64,000 nucleotides of DNA from Trichosphaerium sp. ATCC 40318. Taxonomy: Eukaryota; Protista; Tubulinea. Of the stretch, positions 50,209 to 62,499 are shown in pieces. The stretch is taken from NCBI GenBank assembly GCA_038496445.1, contig JALMLS010000460.1:13239-77238 (forward strand), in the 5' to 3' direction. The notes under the pieces were generated by a model. The model was not told where the DNA came from. It worked only from the letters and a program-made list of their open reading frames with translations, and did no database searches. The position numbers were made by a program, and so were the translations under genes. Numbering within the stretch: the stretch's first letter is position 1; every line of letters starts with the position of its first letter.

Positions 50209-51264
50209 ATGTTCCGGCGTAAGCAGCTAGTGTTCTTTATTGTTATTGTAGCGCTGATAACTATCTTAAACTTGGGATATGTGGCTAGAATGAGCAGAAA
50301 AACAGTAGTGGCGCCAAGCCAAGACGTTAAACCTACGAACAGTGATGAAAAAAGTACAGCTGCAAATTTATCACGTGATATTGATTAAAGTAGGTACAGA
50401 AAAGCCTGTTGTCGCAACAGACAAACGTGCAGATGTTATTGAAGAAGTTGCGAAAGAACAAGAAGTAAAAGAGCCTGTGACGTTACTAGACGCGCTAAGA
50501 AACAGAAAAGATGTCGTTCAGCTTATTCTTACAAACTATAAACGAGAGCCAAAATTAAAGTGCTTGTTTCCTGTTTGTTATATCGTTAAAGCAGTTAATA
50601 CCTCAGCAACAATAGAAAAAGATAACAAAACCTTACATGAAACGGTACGGAGATTTAAAAAATTGTAACAAACACGTGATTTTGACAGCTGCTACCCTAT
50701 TTAGAAAAAAGTATACACGAACAACTTGATAAGGTTCGCTTTGTTATCTCCTACTACACGTGTTCAGAGAAATTGTCAAGTTTTTTTTTTTGTTTGTTTT
50801 ATTTAGTCAATGTTTGTTTCACTATCTGATTCTTTAGTAGGAAACGCCTCTATATGGATCGCACCGTTCTCAGAACATAGTAGTTGCATTTGCGCTTGAG
50901 TATTTATTCCTACATGAGGCTCAAAACGCGAAGATTTTAATAACAGAAGATGACAATGCCGTTTGTGAGGGATCTCAAGTTCTTCCAGATTATCATATAG
51001 ATGAAGGACTAATACATTGTTATTCTCTCGTATTTGGACCTGGATTTTCTGGAGTACTATTAGTTAGATCAAGGCTTGAACCTTATATTGCACTTCTCAA
51101 GAAAGAAAAGAAATTACAATGTGACCAACTATTGGGACGGAAGTTCAAAACTTGTCAATGGGTGTTTAGGCTTTTCCATCATCCTAAAGGAAAAACTTCT
51201 TTTGACAACAGCTTACAACATGGAGTACAATGTACAATACCCAGCAATCTTAAAAAAAACTTGA
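50209..51264 (+). CDS. Type II membrane glycosyltransferase-like protein (GT-A fold)
   Basis: MFRRKQLVFFIVIVALITIL anchor, stem, ILITEDD motif, FGPGFSGVLF, LFHHPKGKTS; 3' end uncertain. Confidence 0.55.
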
Positions 51265-51809
51265 TAATTTTGCACGTGAAAATCACGTGGTTGCATTTTT
51301 TTTTGACTGTTTTAACATTCTTCAAGATTGGAAGTCAAGTTTATTGTCATAATCTACTCTTGAAGTGTTGTGACAAGTCTTTGGTACTTTTTTTGCTCAT
51401 GTCTTTGTTTAGCGGTAAAGTGTAAGACTAAAGCTGTTTGTGCTTGTGAGGAAGATGATGATGTATGTGATATTGTGTATTACGAAGATAGATGGGAAAG
51501 CACACCAATTCTTCATATAAAAGAGAAAACTGGATTGACACCATGTCTTCCGAAGAATAAACGAAAGCGGAAAAAAAAGAAACAATAAAAAAACCCATAC
51601 ACTCTTTGTACAAACGTGACCGCTTCTTTTTAGCTAAAGAGTTTTTGTAAGCTGTACCCAGTACCCAATCCACTACTTTGATGTGTACTTACGCAATCGA
51701 TGGATTTTGCGGCTACTTTTTAGTGTACGTTTACAACATTTTTACCCAATAGTTTTTGGTGGCATAATTCCAAAAGCATTTTATTCATTGGCTTTTTTTT
51801 TGATAACAA

Positions 51810-52853
51810 TTAAGCGGCTACATTTAGTTTTGTAGATTCGATGTGAGCCAGTTTAGAATTGGCAATGTAGAGATCATCTTGTAGATTGAAAATGTACACC
51901 TTCATTTGTGCTATTTGGTCTCGGAGCTTGGCATTTTCAGTCTTCAAACTTGAGTTGGCTCTTTCCTTTTTTTGGCACAAATCTCTATTTTTCCTTGATT
52001 GAACAGCCTCTAGAGTTTCCTGCTCTTTATTAGGCGAGTTGCCCCAAGTACTACAAGGTGGATTGTGTATGGTGCATTTGTAGCAAGGGTCTGAGTTCTG
52101 AAGGATATGTTTACAACTAGTGGTAAGCGTAAGCATTTTTGACACCCCAAGTTTAAAAAAAAAATAAAATATATTTTATAGCTCGCACCGGTTTCTGTGA
52201 ACATTAAGGGCATGTAACTCCATTATTAGGTGACCAATGCTTACACCTATGCAGCGGGAATTGTGGCACCCGTGTGACACATCTAGCAAACAGCGTGGTA
52301 CTCCAGGAAAAGCCACATACCTCCCAGTTAACCCATTTTTTTGATAAATCGAAATTTTGTATACTGCCCATATACCAAAGTGACACATGTTTATCTTGGC
52401 ATTGCCCAATTGGAAGTAGGCTCTACCACACACCTTAGTATATGCGGCCTTGTACAATGTTTCTATACATGTGATATTGCCATTGCGCTTAACTAAACTT
52501 AGTGGTTAGCACAAACATTTTTACCATTAACAATAGTCTTTTAAAATAATACCTTCGTAGAAATCCCGTTTCTGCATCCAACCCCATACTTGTACAGCAA
52601 TTTTATGAGGAAACACCATCATATTGCGTGCAGGAGTGTGCCCAACTCCATTTACATACTCTTCATCATCGCTGAAGGGTAGTTTCGCATCTAAACATCT
52701 TTGTTTGAACAGTTCTTTTTCATTTTCGTAGTCTTCTTTGCCTGTGTAATTCATTTTCAAACGCATTTCAAATATCTCCTTTAGGCTGTATTTTTTTCCG
52801 TCATCACCATACGGAATGCGCCTACCAAAGTATGCTGGAAAACTGCTTGCCAT
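51810..52853 (-). CDS. His-Me finger (His-Cys box-like) endonuclease domain protein with C-terminal coiled coil
   Basis: DVSHGCHNSRC....GHLIMELHALNVHRNRC followed by CTIHNPPC; three exons, second acceptor lacks a clear AG. Confidence 0.65.
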
Positions 52854-54686
52854 TTGTTTCGAGAGTTGTTGCGTGTTCTGCTGTAAATATTTGTTTGTAA
52901 ATTAACACACATTTCTTCGTTCTATTCATGACAATTCCACGAACTAGGTACTACACGACTGTTTTTGTGGTCTTTGGGATTTGCCAGGCTAAACTGGTTA
53001 AAAAAACACAGTTTTGGTTCTTCCACGAATTAATCACGTGATTGTTTGGGCAAAGCTTGCTTTGGTAGCTTTGGCAGTAATGATGGTTGTTTTAGTTCAT
53101 TTGTTTTCTAGAGGGAGCTTTAGGCATTTTTGTCAGTGTGTGGCCTAAGTCGATCTTGATAAGCAAATCGTGACTTAATAGTACTAGCCGTTAATGTGTT
53201 TCAACGTGGTGTTTTAGGTGTGTAAATACATCGCATGTATTTTGGTTAATTTTGGTTTTGGCACAAGAGAAAAAAAAGTACACTCGTCCTGTTTAATGGC
53301 GCATTACATGCGCTACGCGATTTAAAGTATCTGTGGGGAGCATGAGCGTTGTTTGTTCACAAACTCTGTTTTCATGCACAGCACACACTTGATCTGCAAA
53401 AAAACACTGTAAAGTACAACCTTATAATTGTAAGAAGCGCTGGTACAATATTATGGGAGCTATGGCACTTGTATAAGAAAAACAGCTTTTTCTGATTTTC
53501 TATACAACTAACACTCCCAAAAAGTGGTTATTATTGCTTTATACGCGTGTAAAAATCCAAATAGTAGAAGTACACCTCTTATTTGCTGTTAAACCTTTAC
53601 ATTTTTGTAAAAAGCACCCAGTGTATTGTATGTATCTAATTTTCATCATTTATAGCTATATGAAATTCAATTAAGTACTTTGGTGCTAGACTTTCGCAAT
53701 TTATTGCCAAATTTAGTAAAAAACTTTTTTCAAATTGAAAATTAGAGCAATTTTCACTACTGTAGTTGATTTTTACAATCTCTACTGGTGAAATAAATTA
53801 CCGCAAGATGTAATACAATGCAACCAAGTAATAAAAAAAATCAAAAAAAGAACAGCAAAAAAGGGTAAATACAGCTTTTCTCCTCCCACACATATGGGTC
53901 CACATTTTTTACAATGCCGTATGGCCTGAACAAGGTTGCGTTAATTTTTAGGCCATACAAGAGCGCCAGCCGTTACCGGCGTGCATGTTTTTTCGCGATT
54001 TCTCAGTACTGCGTGTAGTAAAAAATTATTTGATACCATAAACCCACGCAAAAAATTTGGCTGAGTAAAACTGGTACAGCTAGAGCGCAGAACAATCGAG
54101 TTTACAAAAGCAAGTGTGAATTTTCTAGACTGGGATTTGACCATACGCCCGAGACTAGCTACTTTTAGAAGCAATTGGTTAAGTTACTCAGGAATTGAAT
54201 GTGTTTGACTAAATGCGAAAGTAATCGCTACAAACTCTTTCGCTCGAAGTATGACTTCAAAACGAAATGTTCAATGTAACCTACGCCAACAGGCTAATGA
54301 ATGATTAACTAGATAAATACCACGAAATGAGCATTGCCACTATGTCAATGGTAAACCATATAGAGATTTCTTTGCATGTCAGATGCATCATTAGCGACAA
54401 GCTGCACCTATGTACACGGGGCTATCATTAAATACCCATTTGGTAATGCCAGTTTCTATTCAACGTCATTTTATTACTACAGCTGCAAACGAAAAATAAA
54501 CATACACTATCATATTTTGAAAGTGTCATTGTTCTCCGAATATTTGAGCAGCTAGCAATGATTGCCTTAAATTACTCCTTGGCTCCCTTTGTGTGTAGCG
54601 TATCCTCCTTTGTGTATATTGTTATTCGATAGGGCTGTCGCTATCGGTTTGTTGACTAGTGTTCCATCTTTTCTTTTTCTTTCGAC

Positions 54687-55578
54687 TTAGTTTGGAGTAA
54701 TTTCGTATGTCTTAAACAGAAGATTATGATCGAACTTGATTTCACTTGGCTTGTCTTTAAGCATAAACACTACAACACGTGGCCATTCAGGCCATTCAAG
54801 TGTATAATTTAAACAAAATTGTTTGTAAGAACCGCATGCAACAATTGTCTTTCCATTAAAGCGTATATGTAGGAACCAATGATTGATTGCATACTCTGAA
54901 AGCGTTTTAGTGTTCGCCACAAGACTGTTGCTAACAATAACAACTTGAATATCGTACATAGTAGAATCAATGGTCACAGTAACAGCTACACGATTATTAG
55001 CAAAATATCACAAAGTGTTGGTGTAAAGTAAACGCACGTGTTGTAGGTGAGGTAAGTTTTTCTCCGTTTCCGGAAGCAATCAGGTTTATCATTCCTGTTG
55101 CCCATACATTACAGTTCTTTTCTCCTTGAGGTAAGTTTAGACGTTCATCTAAAGCCTTTATATATTCTTCAATTGTTTTGAAATCACGTGCACTTGGTAT
55201 TTGGTTACTACTGCTTTTGATTATTAAGTTATGATTGTTTTTAAGTGACTTGTCAGTCATATGACTTTTTCTTGACTTGTCATGTGAACTATGAAGCGAA
55301 TGCTGAGCGTAACATTTACATTCGTAATTTTCTTTTACGGAGTTTTCATTATTTATAGTAGGAGTATTTGTTGGACCACTGTTAGCGAAGCTTGAGTAAT
55401 GACATTTACATTTCTGGTTTTTCGTTCTTTTTTTAGACTTTTTGTTGACGACACACGGAGCTCTTGATTTGTTGTTTTTAGCGTAGCTTGATGTACACTT
55501 CTTTGTTTGGGTTGAATTTATCCTTAACGACAGTGTTTTAAGGACGCTCTTGATTAGTTTTATACCACGTTTAGACAT
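54687..55578 (-). CDS. Hypothetical protein(s), two adjacent ORFs
   Basis: 193-aa and 96-aa ORFs only; no recognisable motif. Confidence 0.3.
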
Positions 55579-56476
55579 ATATATGAAGTTGGGAGTGTAT
55601 TAGCCAGCAATGATTTACAAGACAAACAAAGAGTCAACACAGGTCTCAAGATACAACTTATGTAAGAGCTGTTGCGTTAACGTTGAAATTTGAATGATTC
55701 TGCTTTATTTAGTATTCAATGATTACAGAACTGCGTTCTACATGTCAGTCATCATCGAAGGAAGCGTGAACAGAGTGTGTTGTCATCAGAAAAGTCCTAT
55801 TACATAGGAGTGGCTGACAACTTTGGCACAACCGACTCTGAAACTTGTTGGAGTAACAATTCTCCACACTCCAAGTTCATCAAGATTTCGCTACAATTAT
55901 AATTCGCATGTAAAAAAAGAGGTATGTTTATTTAATGCACGATAAAAAAATGTCTTCGAGGAACCCATACTGTATACTTTCATTAGATTCACTTAGCATG
56001 GCAAAATGGATCCAGTACACATTCGCGTGTGGTACTACTTTGGTACAATTGGATGTTGCACATCCATTAACGGCATCTCACATAATTTGAAATAATGCCT
56101 ATTTCCACAACCAACTGCAATGAGTTTCCAGTTTTCGGTACGAAATTATTGACAAATACACCAGCAAGACAGGGTTTACAGTACAAGGCTTTGGTGAAGT
56201 GATAGGATTTACTTGGTTAGCAAGCACACAGGGAGCATGAATACCATTAACAAACATGTTTACTGTCTCAAGTGTTCCATTGTTGTACCACTCTATGTAC
56301 GCGCCCAGTGTAAAAAGTTGCAACAATGATACCATAGTATCACCTACACTATCAACAATATTTTTCGTTTTTCAAGGGTTGACGAGAACTAAAACGTGCG
56401 CTAACATGTGGTTGAAAAATACGAAATTTCGCATTTCTCTTGAAACTTGCTTAAGTTTGTACGGCGAGGAGCAGCT

Positions 56477-58606
56477 ATGGCAACGAATGTACTGTAGAAT
56501 CCACGACTGTTCCTGAGGCACTATTTTAACGTATTGTAGCTGCCTACGGACGTTTTCTCAGAGATATTTCAGTATTTATCTAACTACGACTACGGTTCAT
56601 GCGCCATTACGTGCTCTCGGTGGCGTACTGCGATGTATACAGTATTTAAATCAAAAACAACGCTAGACCTCTTTCCTCATCGGCGTAAGGTACAAAAACA
56701 TTCAAAGGCGTTGATTTTAGCGTAATCTTATAAGTTCTAACTGTTGGGTATTCAGATAACGCCAAAAACCCTTCAAATGCTTCTACCACGCGTCAATAGA
56801 CTCACTAGCGTATGGAATAATTAATTAAAAATGGTTTACGAAAGATACTGACTTAGATTTACATCAAGATCAATTTGGCTGGTTGCGATTTTACGGACGA
56901 AAGTTTAGCTTTTCTTGGAGAGACACATGGACCTACACTACGGTTTGTTTGTTTACACAAGTGCAGGTACATTTCTCGAGCTACTTTTTGAAATTAAAGT
57001 CACGTGACTATCAGCCTAGGAAAGTATCTGACATTGGCATGATTTCTCTTGCAAAATCAAGTCCAAATGTGAAGTCGTTTATTTTGGGCGGCTGTTCACT
57101 CCTCACAGATAAATCACTTGCTGTAATAAGCAAGTACTGTCGTAAGCTTTCTTATATAAATGTAAGAGGATGTATTAAAACGACACTGAGGGTACAAAAA
57201 GCAGAAGAAAAAGAGTTGAGTTCTCTGACTAAAACGCTTATTTCATTTTGTTGTGATAGAGTTTTCAACCTTTGCTTGAAGGTACAGAAGTGACAGGGAT
57301 AGATATGACACGTATTGGAGAGACAGAAGACGATATGGATATCATTATGGCATCATCAGACACTCTTAAGGCCATTGGGTACAGCAAGATTCAAAAAACA
57401 CGTGCAGTAGTATGAAGTATTTTTAGACCGAAAATGAGAAAGTTGTCACTTGGCACACAAATCACCTCAGGTAAGTGTTAAGATGCCTGAGTATTAAATA
57501 AGGATGGTTTTATACTAACTTGTTCCAATATCATTAGATTTTATATTAGATTTTTTGTTCGAGAACTGCACAGGTTCGTTATGTTTTGTTTAGCTTTTGT
57601 GTATTTTCTCAATATTGGTGTTGATTTTACGAAGTATTTTTTGATGTAACACTGCTTTTGCACAATTGTTTCAAAGCTAACATTACTTGCATAGCTTTGG
57701 ACACTCTCGATCTTAGCTTTAAAGCGACCAAAAACGCTCAAAGACTACTTTTCCGCCACATGCACGTCATGACAAAGTTGCAAATCCTTGACTTTTCCAA
57801 CAGTACGTTCACTCCTCTGTAACTCATAGACTATGGACTTCATTGTTCACAATATTTATAGGTTTCTGTATACGTACTAGTCATTTTACACCTGTTATTG
57901 AAGCAATAGGAAGTGGTTTGACAATATTGAATTTAAGTCATTGTAGCTTACTTGAAAATCAACTTGTTGAGGTACAACCTTGCTGCTGTATTTAATTGTA
58001 TCCAAAACTCTTGTATTAACCGAGTTTGCTCCCAATGTAGGCAATTGGAAATCATTGTAGACAGTTAAAGAGGTTGGCACTTAATGGATGTATGAAAATG
58101 ACCTGTGCGTGTATTTAAGGCAGTGATTCTAACTTGGACTTTTCCATAACTTTATTTCCAGCTGTTGGCTTGATACATATCTCAAAATGTACTACTCTAC
58201 AAGATATAGAGCTTTCAGCTGTTACTCAGTGCGAGGATATTGCTATATGCAAGGTATGTTAGCCTCACTTTGACTGATATTATGAAACTGATTGGTTTGT
58301 TTCGCCTAGATTATTCATAATTGCAAAGGTCTTTTGTTCTTAAACCTAAGCTGCATGGGTAAGCTTACAAAAGCCGTTCCGGAGAAGATCATGGATTCTT
58401 TACCTCTATTAAGAACAGTTAATTTATCTCAATGTATTTCTATTGACATTGAGGTGAGCGTCAATGATACTTTCTTTTTTTTTTCTTTGTTTTTAGTTAT
58501 TGAATGTTCCTTTCTTCTAAACTTTTTGTCTTTTCAAAAATAGGCTCTAGATAAATTACGGCTTAAAAGAACAAATGTAGCTGTGAAGTACAAGCGTAAA
58601 AAATAA
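56477..58606 (+). CDS. F-box/LRR (FBXL-like) protein, multi-exon
   Basis: LPTDVFSEIFQYLSNYDYGSCAITCSRWR F-box; LGGCSLLTDKSL and LNLSCMGKLT LRRs. Confidence 0.85.
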
Positions 58607-58718
58607 AAATCATCAACACTACTTCGCAGAATAAAGACCAAACCGAATACCTTCTTAAGTGACGCTGACTTGAACACCTTTTTATGAAAGACTGTAAAAT
58701 CTAGTGAGGCAACAGAAA

Positions 58719-58997
58719 ATGAATTTCTTAGGCGTAACTGTCGACCAAGCACTTGAATACTATTGTGAGAAGCATAATGAAACGTTAACAGACATTAAAC
58801 AGCGAAGAAACTATAAAACCTTCTTAAAACGTATTGAAGACATTGTAGAAGCCTCAAACGCAAGTCTTGCACATCAACTCAACCAACCTCTGTTAAAACA
58901 CGCTAAAACAACAACAAACACAAATAATCAGGACTTGAACGAGTTTGAGAGTATAACTAAGCCAATACGCAGTCAAAATACAACGTACGTTCTTTGA
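58719..58997 (+). CDS. Small hypothetical protein
   Basis: ATG-initiated ORF between two F-box genes. Confidence 0.3.
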   Translation: MNFLGVTVDQALEYYCEKHNETLTDIKQRRNYKTFLKRIEDIVEASNASLAHQLNQPLLKHAKTTTNTNNQDLNEFESITKPIRSQNTTYVL

Positions 58998-59049
58998 CTT
59001 CAAATTCTATCACCTTTCGCTCACTTTGAACCAAAACAGCCATCTGGTG

Positions 59050-60281
59050 ATGCAAGAGCAAAATATCTTCGATTTTCCAATAGAGATACTTGCAACGATA
59101 ATAGAGCATACAACTGGATCAAAGATACGATTTTCTATTGCTCAGACATGTCATTTACTGTCTGATATTATTCACGATATTGTTGGATACACACAAGTTA
59201 AGATTAAGTACTTACCAGATATCTTAAAGATATTAAAGTACAAAGGTGTCATGGACAATTCTGTGATTTCTTTACCTCGATATTTGGGTACTACAGTAGT
59301 TTCATTGCTATCTGGTTGTAAACATATAAGAGTATTGGATAATGAATAGTAAAAGATCGAGATTTGGAGGCCATTGCTGGAGTCAAGACCTTACATCTTT
59401 CAGATTCTAAGTATATTACAGATAAAGGCATTAAAGCAGTTCGGGATGTTCATACTATTTCTATAAATAGATGCCAGAATATCACTGATAGAGGCATTGA
59501 GTTTCTTAAGGATGTTCACACTATTAGTATACTTGGTTGTAGATGTGTTACAGATAGAAGTATTAAGACACTCAAAGGAGTACATTCTGTTAGACTTTCT
59601 GAGTTAGAGATTACAGATGAAAGTATTAAAGCACTGAAAGGTGTTCATACTATTGACTTTGGCAATTTATATGCTATTACAGATGAAGGTATTAAAGCAC
59701 TAGCAGGTGTTCACACTGTTCGCTTTTGTCGTGTCATAGGTATCACCAATGAAGGCATCAATGCTCTGAAAGGCGTCCACACTATTAATATTACTCAGTG
59801 CTTCAAAGTAACAGATATCAATGGACTTGCTGGTGTTCATACTTTAGCACTTAAAAATTGCTCAGTTACAGATAAAGGCATTAAATCACTTAAAGGCGTT
59901 CATACTGTATCTCTTGAAGATTGTAAAGAGTTAACAGATGAAGGCATAAAGGCATTGGCAGGAGTACATACAATAAGTATTTTACGTTGTGATGGTGTGA
60001 CTGATGAAGGTATTAAAGCATTGAAAGGAGTTCATACAATTGATATTAGTCGTAGTAATGTAACTGATGAAGGGATCAAAGGACTTGCAGGTGTTCATAC
60101 AATCAATCTTAGTGGATGTGAAGGTATTACAGATGAAGGCATTAAAGCTTTGGTTGGCGTTTATTCTATTAACCTGACCTATTGTAAAGGTATTACAGAT
60201 GAAGGTATTAAAGTGCTAGTAGGTGCTAAAAAACTTTGTGTCAAGGGCAGTTCAGTTACCAAACAAGGTGTGGCTGTATAG
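59050..60281 (+). CDS. Intronless F-box-like/LRR protein; 1-nt frameshift at ~59346
   Basis: IFDFPIEILATII start; about 14 LKGVHTI...ITDEGIKA repeats. Confidence 0.8.
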
Positions 60282-61239
60282 CTACATCAAAAGCTAGATA
60301 CGAGGTCCTTTTCCAATAAAAACTAAATGACTGTATTCTTGGGAGAGAAGTAAAAATTGTTCATGTAGATTGACCTAATAAAGCCTAATATGTCTGCTAT
60401 CACGTCACAAAAAGTAACAATTTTGCTAAGCGTTCTTATGTTTTCTACATGTTGTTGTTCAGCACAATATGGGTATTTATGACGTTTAATGAATGAAGCT
60501 ACTCCTTACTGTCATGTTATTTTTTGTTCCCTTGGCTATACTTTTTCTTATAGCTCACACACTCTACACAATGCCATTGTGCTTACTGAAAGGAACCTTG
60601 TGGTTCTGGGCATTCTCATTAAATGGTGTTGGAAACTCTACAACCGAGCTCGTCATGGTGAAGGATTTTACAGTCTTTCTCAAATGGCTTTATTGGTTAA
60701 GATAGATATCAAAGAGACTTTCATCAAATTGGTTTTTACCAAAGTGAGGTTAGGCGGTCGGCCCTTCCTTACTATTAACACTTGTACAATTGTAAATTTA
60801 ACCTATGTGAAGGGGTGTAGCGGGTCAGTATGTATGTTGCTGATTACAGCTATAGCTGAATTAATGGAAGGGCGTGAGGGTCAGTACCTCATATTGTTGG
60901 TAGCAGAGGAACGTAATGCCTTTGGCATAAGCGCTGCCGTCCTGTCAAATGTTCATGCTGTCAAGCAGGTTCGATCCCTGTGTTTGGACGCCCAGCACTA
61001 GCTGGGTTCTCTTTTTGAGGTAATTGGAGTTCATTGACGTTTATGTATAGACTAATAAAATCAAATGTTATTTTTTGAGCATGAGATTGATTTTTTCTCG
61101 CTCTGTAGCCGTATCAATAGCCATAATATAAGATACATTGAGTATCAAAAAAGAGGGCAATAATACCATCTGACTATCCAAAACAGGTGTTGTTATGAGG
61201 TATTATAAAACAAACGATATACAAGTAGTATACAAAATA

Positions 61240-62381
61240 TCACATTAGATTATATTTAACAGTACCAGAAATCCACTTTGCTTTGCCAGTAACTATATTC
61301 AAAGCCAACGTCTTTGAACCAACAACAAAGACAGTTGAACATGGTTTTTTATGTGGATAACGTTCATGAGAACGCTTATCTGCCAATAAACCAAGACTTG
61401 TAAACTTATGATGGATATTACCTTTGTTATCCAAGAAATAAGGAAAGTGGCTTCCACAAATGTCTACTACCTTTAAATCACCACTGATAAGGTTTCTCTT
61501 TGATGTCATTACTTCATATACCTTTCCAGATGATGTAAGAGCGTAATGGTATTTTAAGAGTACTACAGTATCATCACCAAAAGAGTATTTAGTCCGTCCT
61601 TTGCCATACTTTTACAAGAAGAAAAAAAAGTTAGTCGATTAATTATGGAACACAAAAACACTTTTACACTCACAAAAAACGCCATTGTATCAAGGTAATA
61701 TAGCAAGACGTAACTTTTGGCGAAGGAAAAAAAATTTAGTTGTTTGTGAAAGGTGCTACGATAGAAAAAAAAGAGATTTTTAAGTAAAAAATCAGAAAAA
61801 CATATTCGGTAAGGTGTGTCATACCTTCTCGTTTGGAACTCTTCCCATCGCCCACACTGTTCCATCTAAAGTTAAAACAATGGAATCATGACTTCCACCA
61901 TTAACTTGTGTAATATCTTTTAAGTCTGGAACACGCTTAGGCGCTGATTTGCTTTTTTCTAAAGAGTGACCCAATTGTCCGCAATTATTTCTTCCCACGA
62001 AACTACATGACCTTCATCAGTCAATGCCATTGAATAACTTACACCAGCTGCTATAGATACTATTATATCGTCTAGTTCAATAAGAACAGGAGAGTCAATT
62101 TTCTTAGTCTGTTCTGAAGGATTTACTTCAAAGAAATTATTACTTCCCCATCCGAATACCTTTCCTTCTCTGCTGAGAGCAAGGCTATGGTTATAATCTG
62201 CATCAACCTGAACAATATGTTTTATATTAGGTATCCTTTCGGGTAATCCTTGGTTGTGTGGTAGCATATAGACAAGTCCATTCTCGCCAACAAAATAGTT
62301 ATACTTTTCTCTTACAATAACAACTTTGTTTCTATGTTGTGTTTGTTTCTTTATGCGAACATCTACAAGAAAACTTAGCAA
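61240..62381 (-). CDS. RCC1-like repeat protein (no SAM-like tail seen)
   Basis: HSLALSREGKVFGWGSN and IAAGVSYSMAL; SWG-RNNCGQLGH broken by a single G loss; intron ~61826-61608. Confidence 0.65.
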
Positions 62382-62499
62382 AAACTCCCCACAGGTGACT
62401 AAAACTCCAATAAAATTTAGGTTTTTTTCACGTGATTAATGGCAAAAATCGTTCAAAAGTAAGTTACAAACTCTTAAATGGAGAAAGGGTAAAATATCT

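Noticed and set aside
60489-61001. 170-aa ORF
   Set aside because: No recognisable motif or paralogue; coding status unsupported
61608-61826. Apparent insertion in the RCC1-like gene (ORF 61563-61865)
   Set aside because: Bounded by GTATGA...AAAG on the minus strand with the reading frame continuing; an ordinary intron
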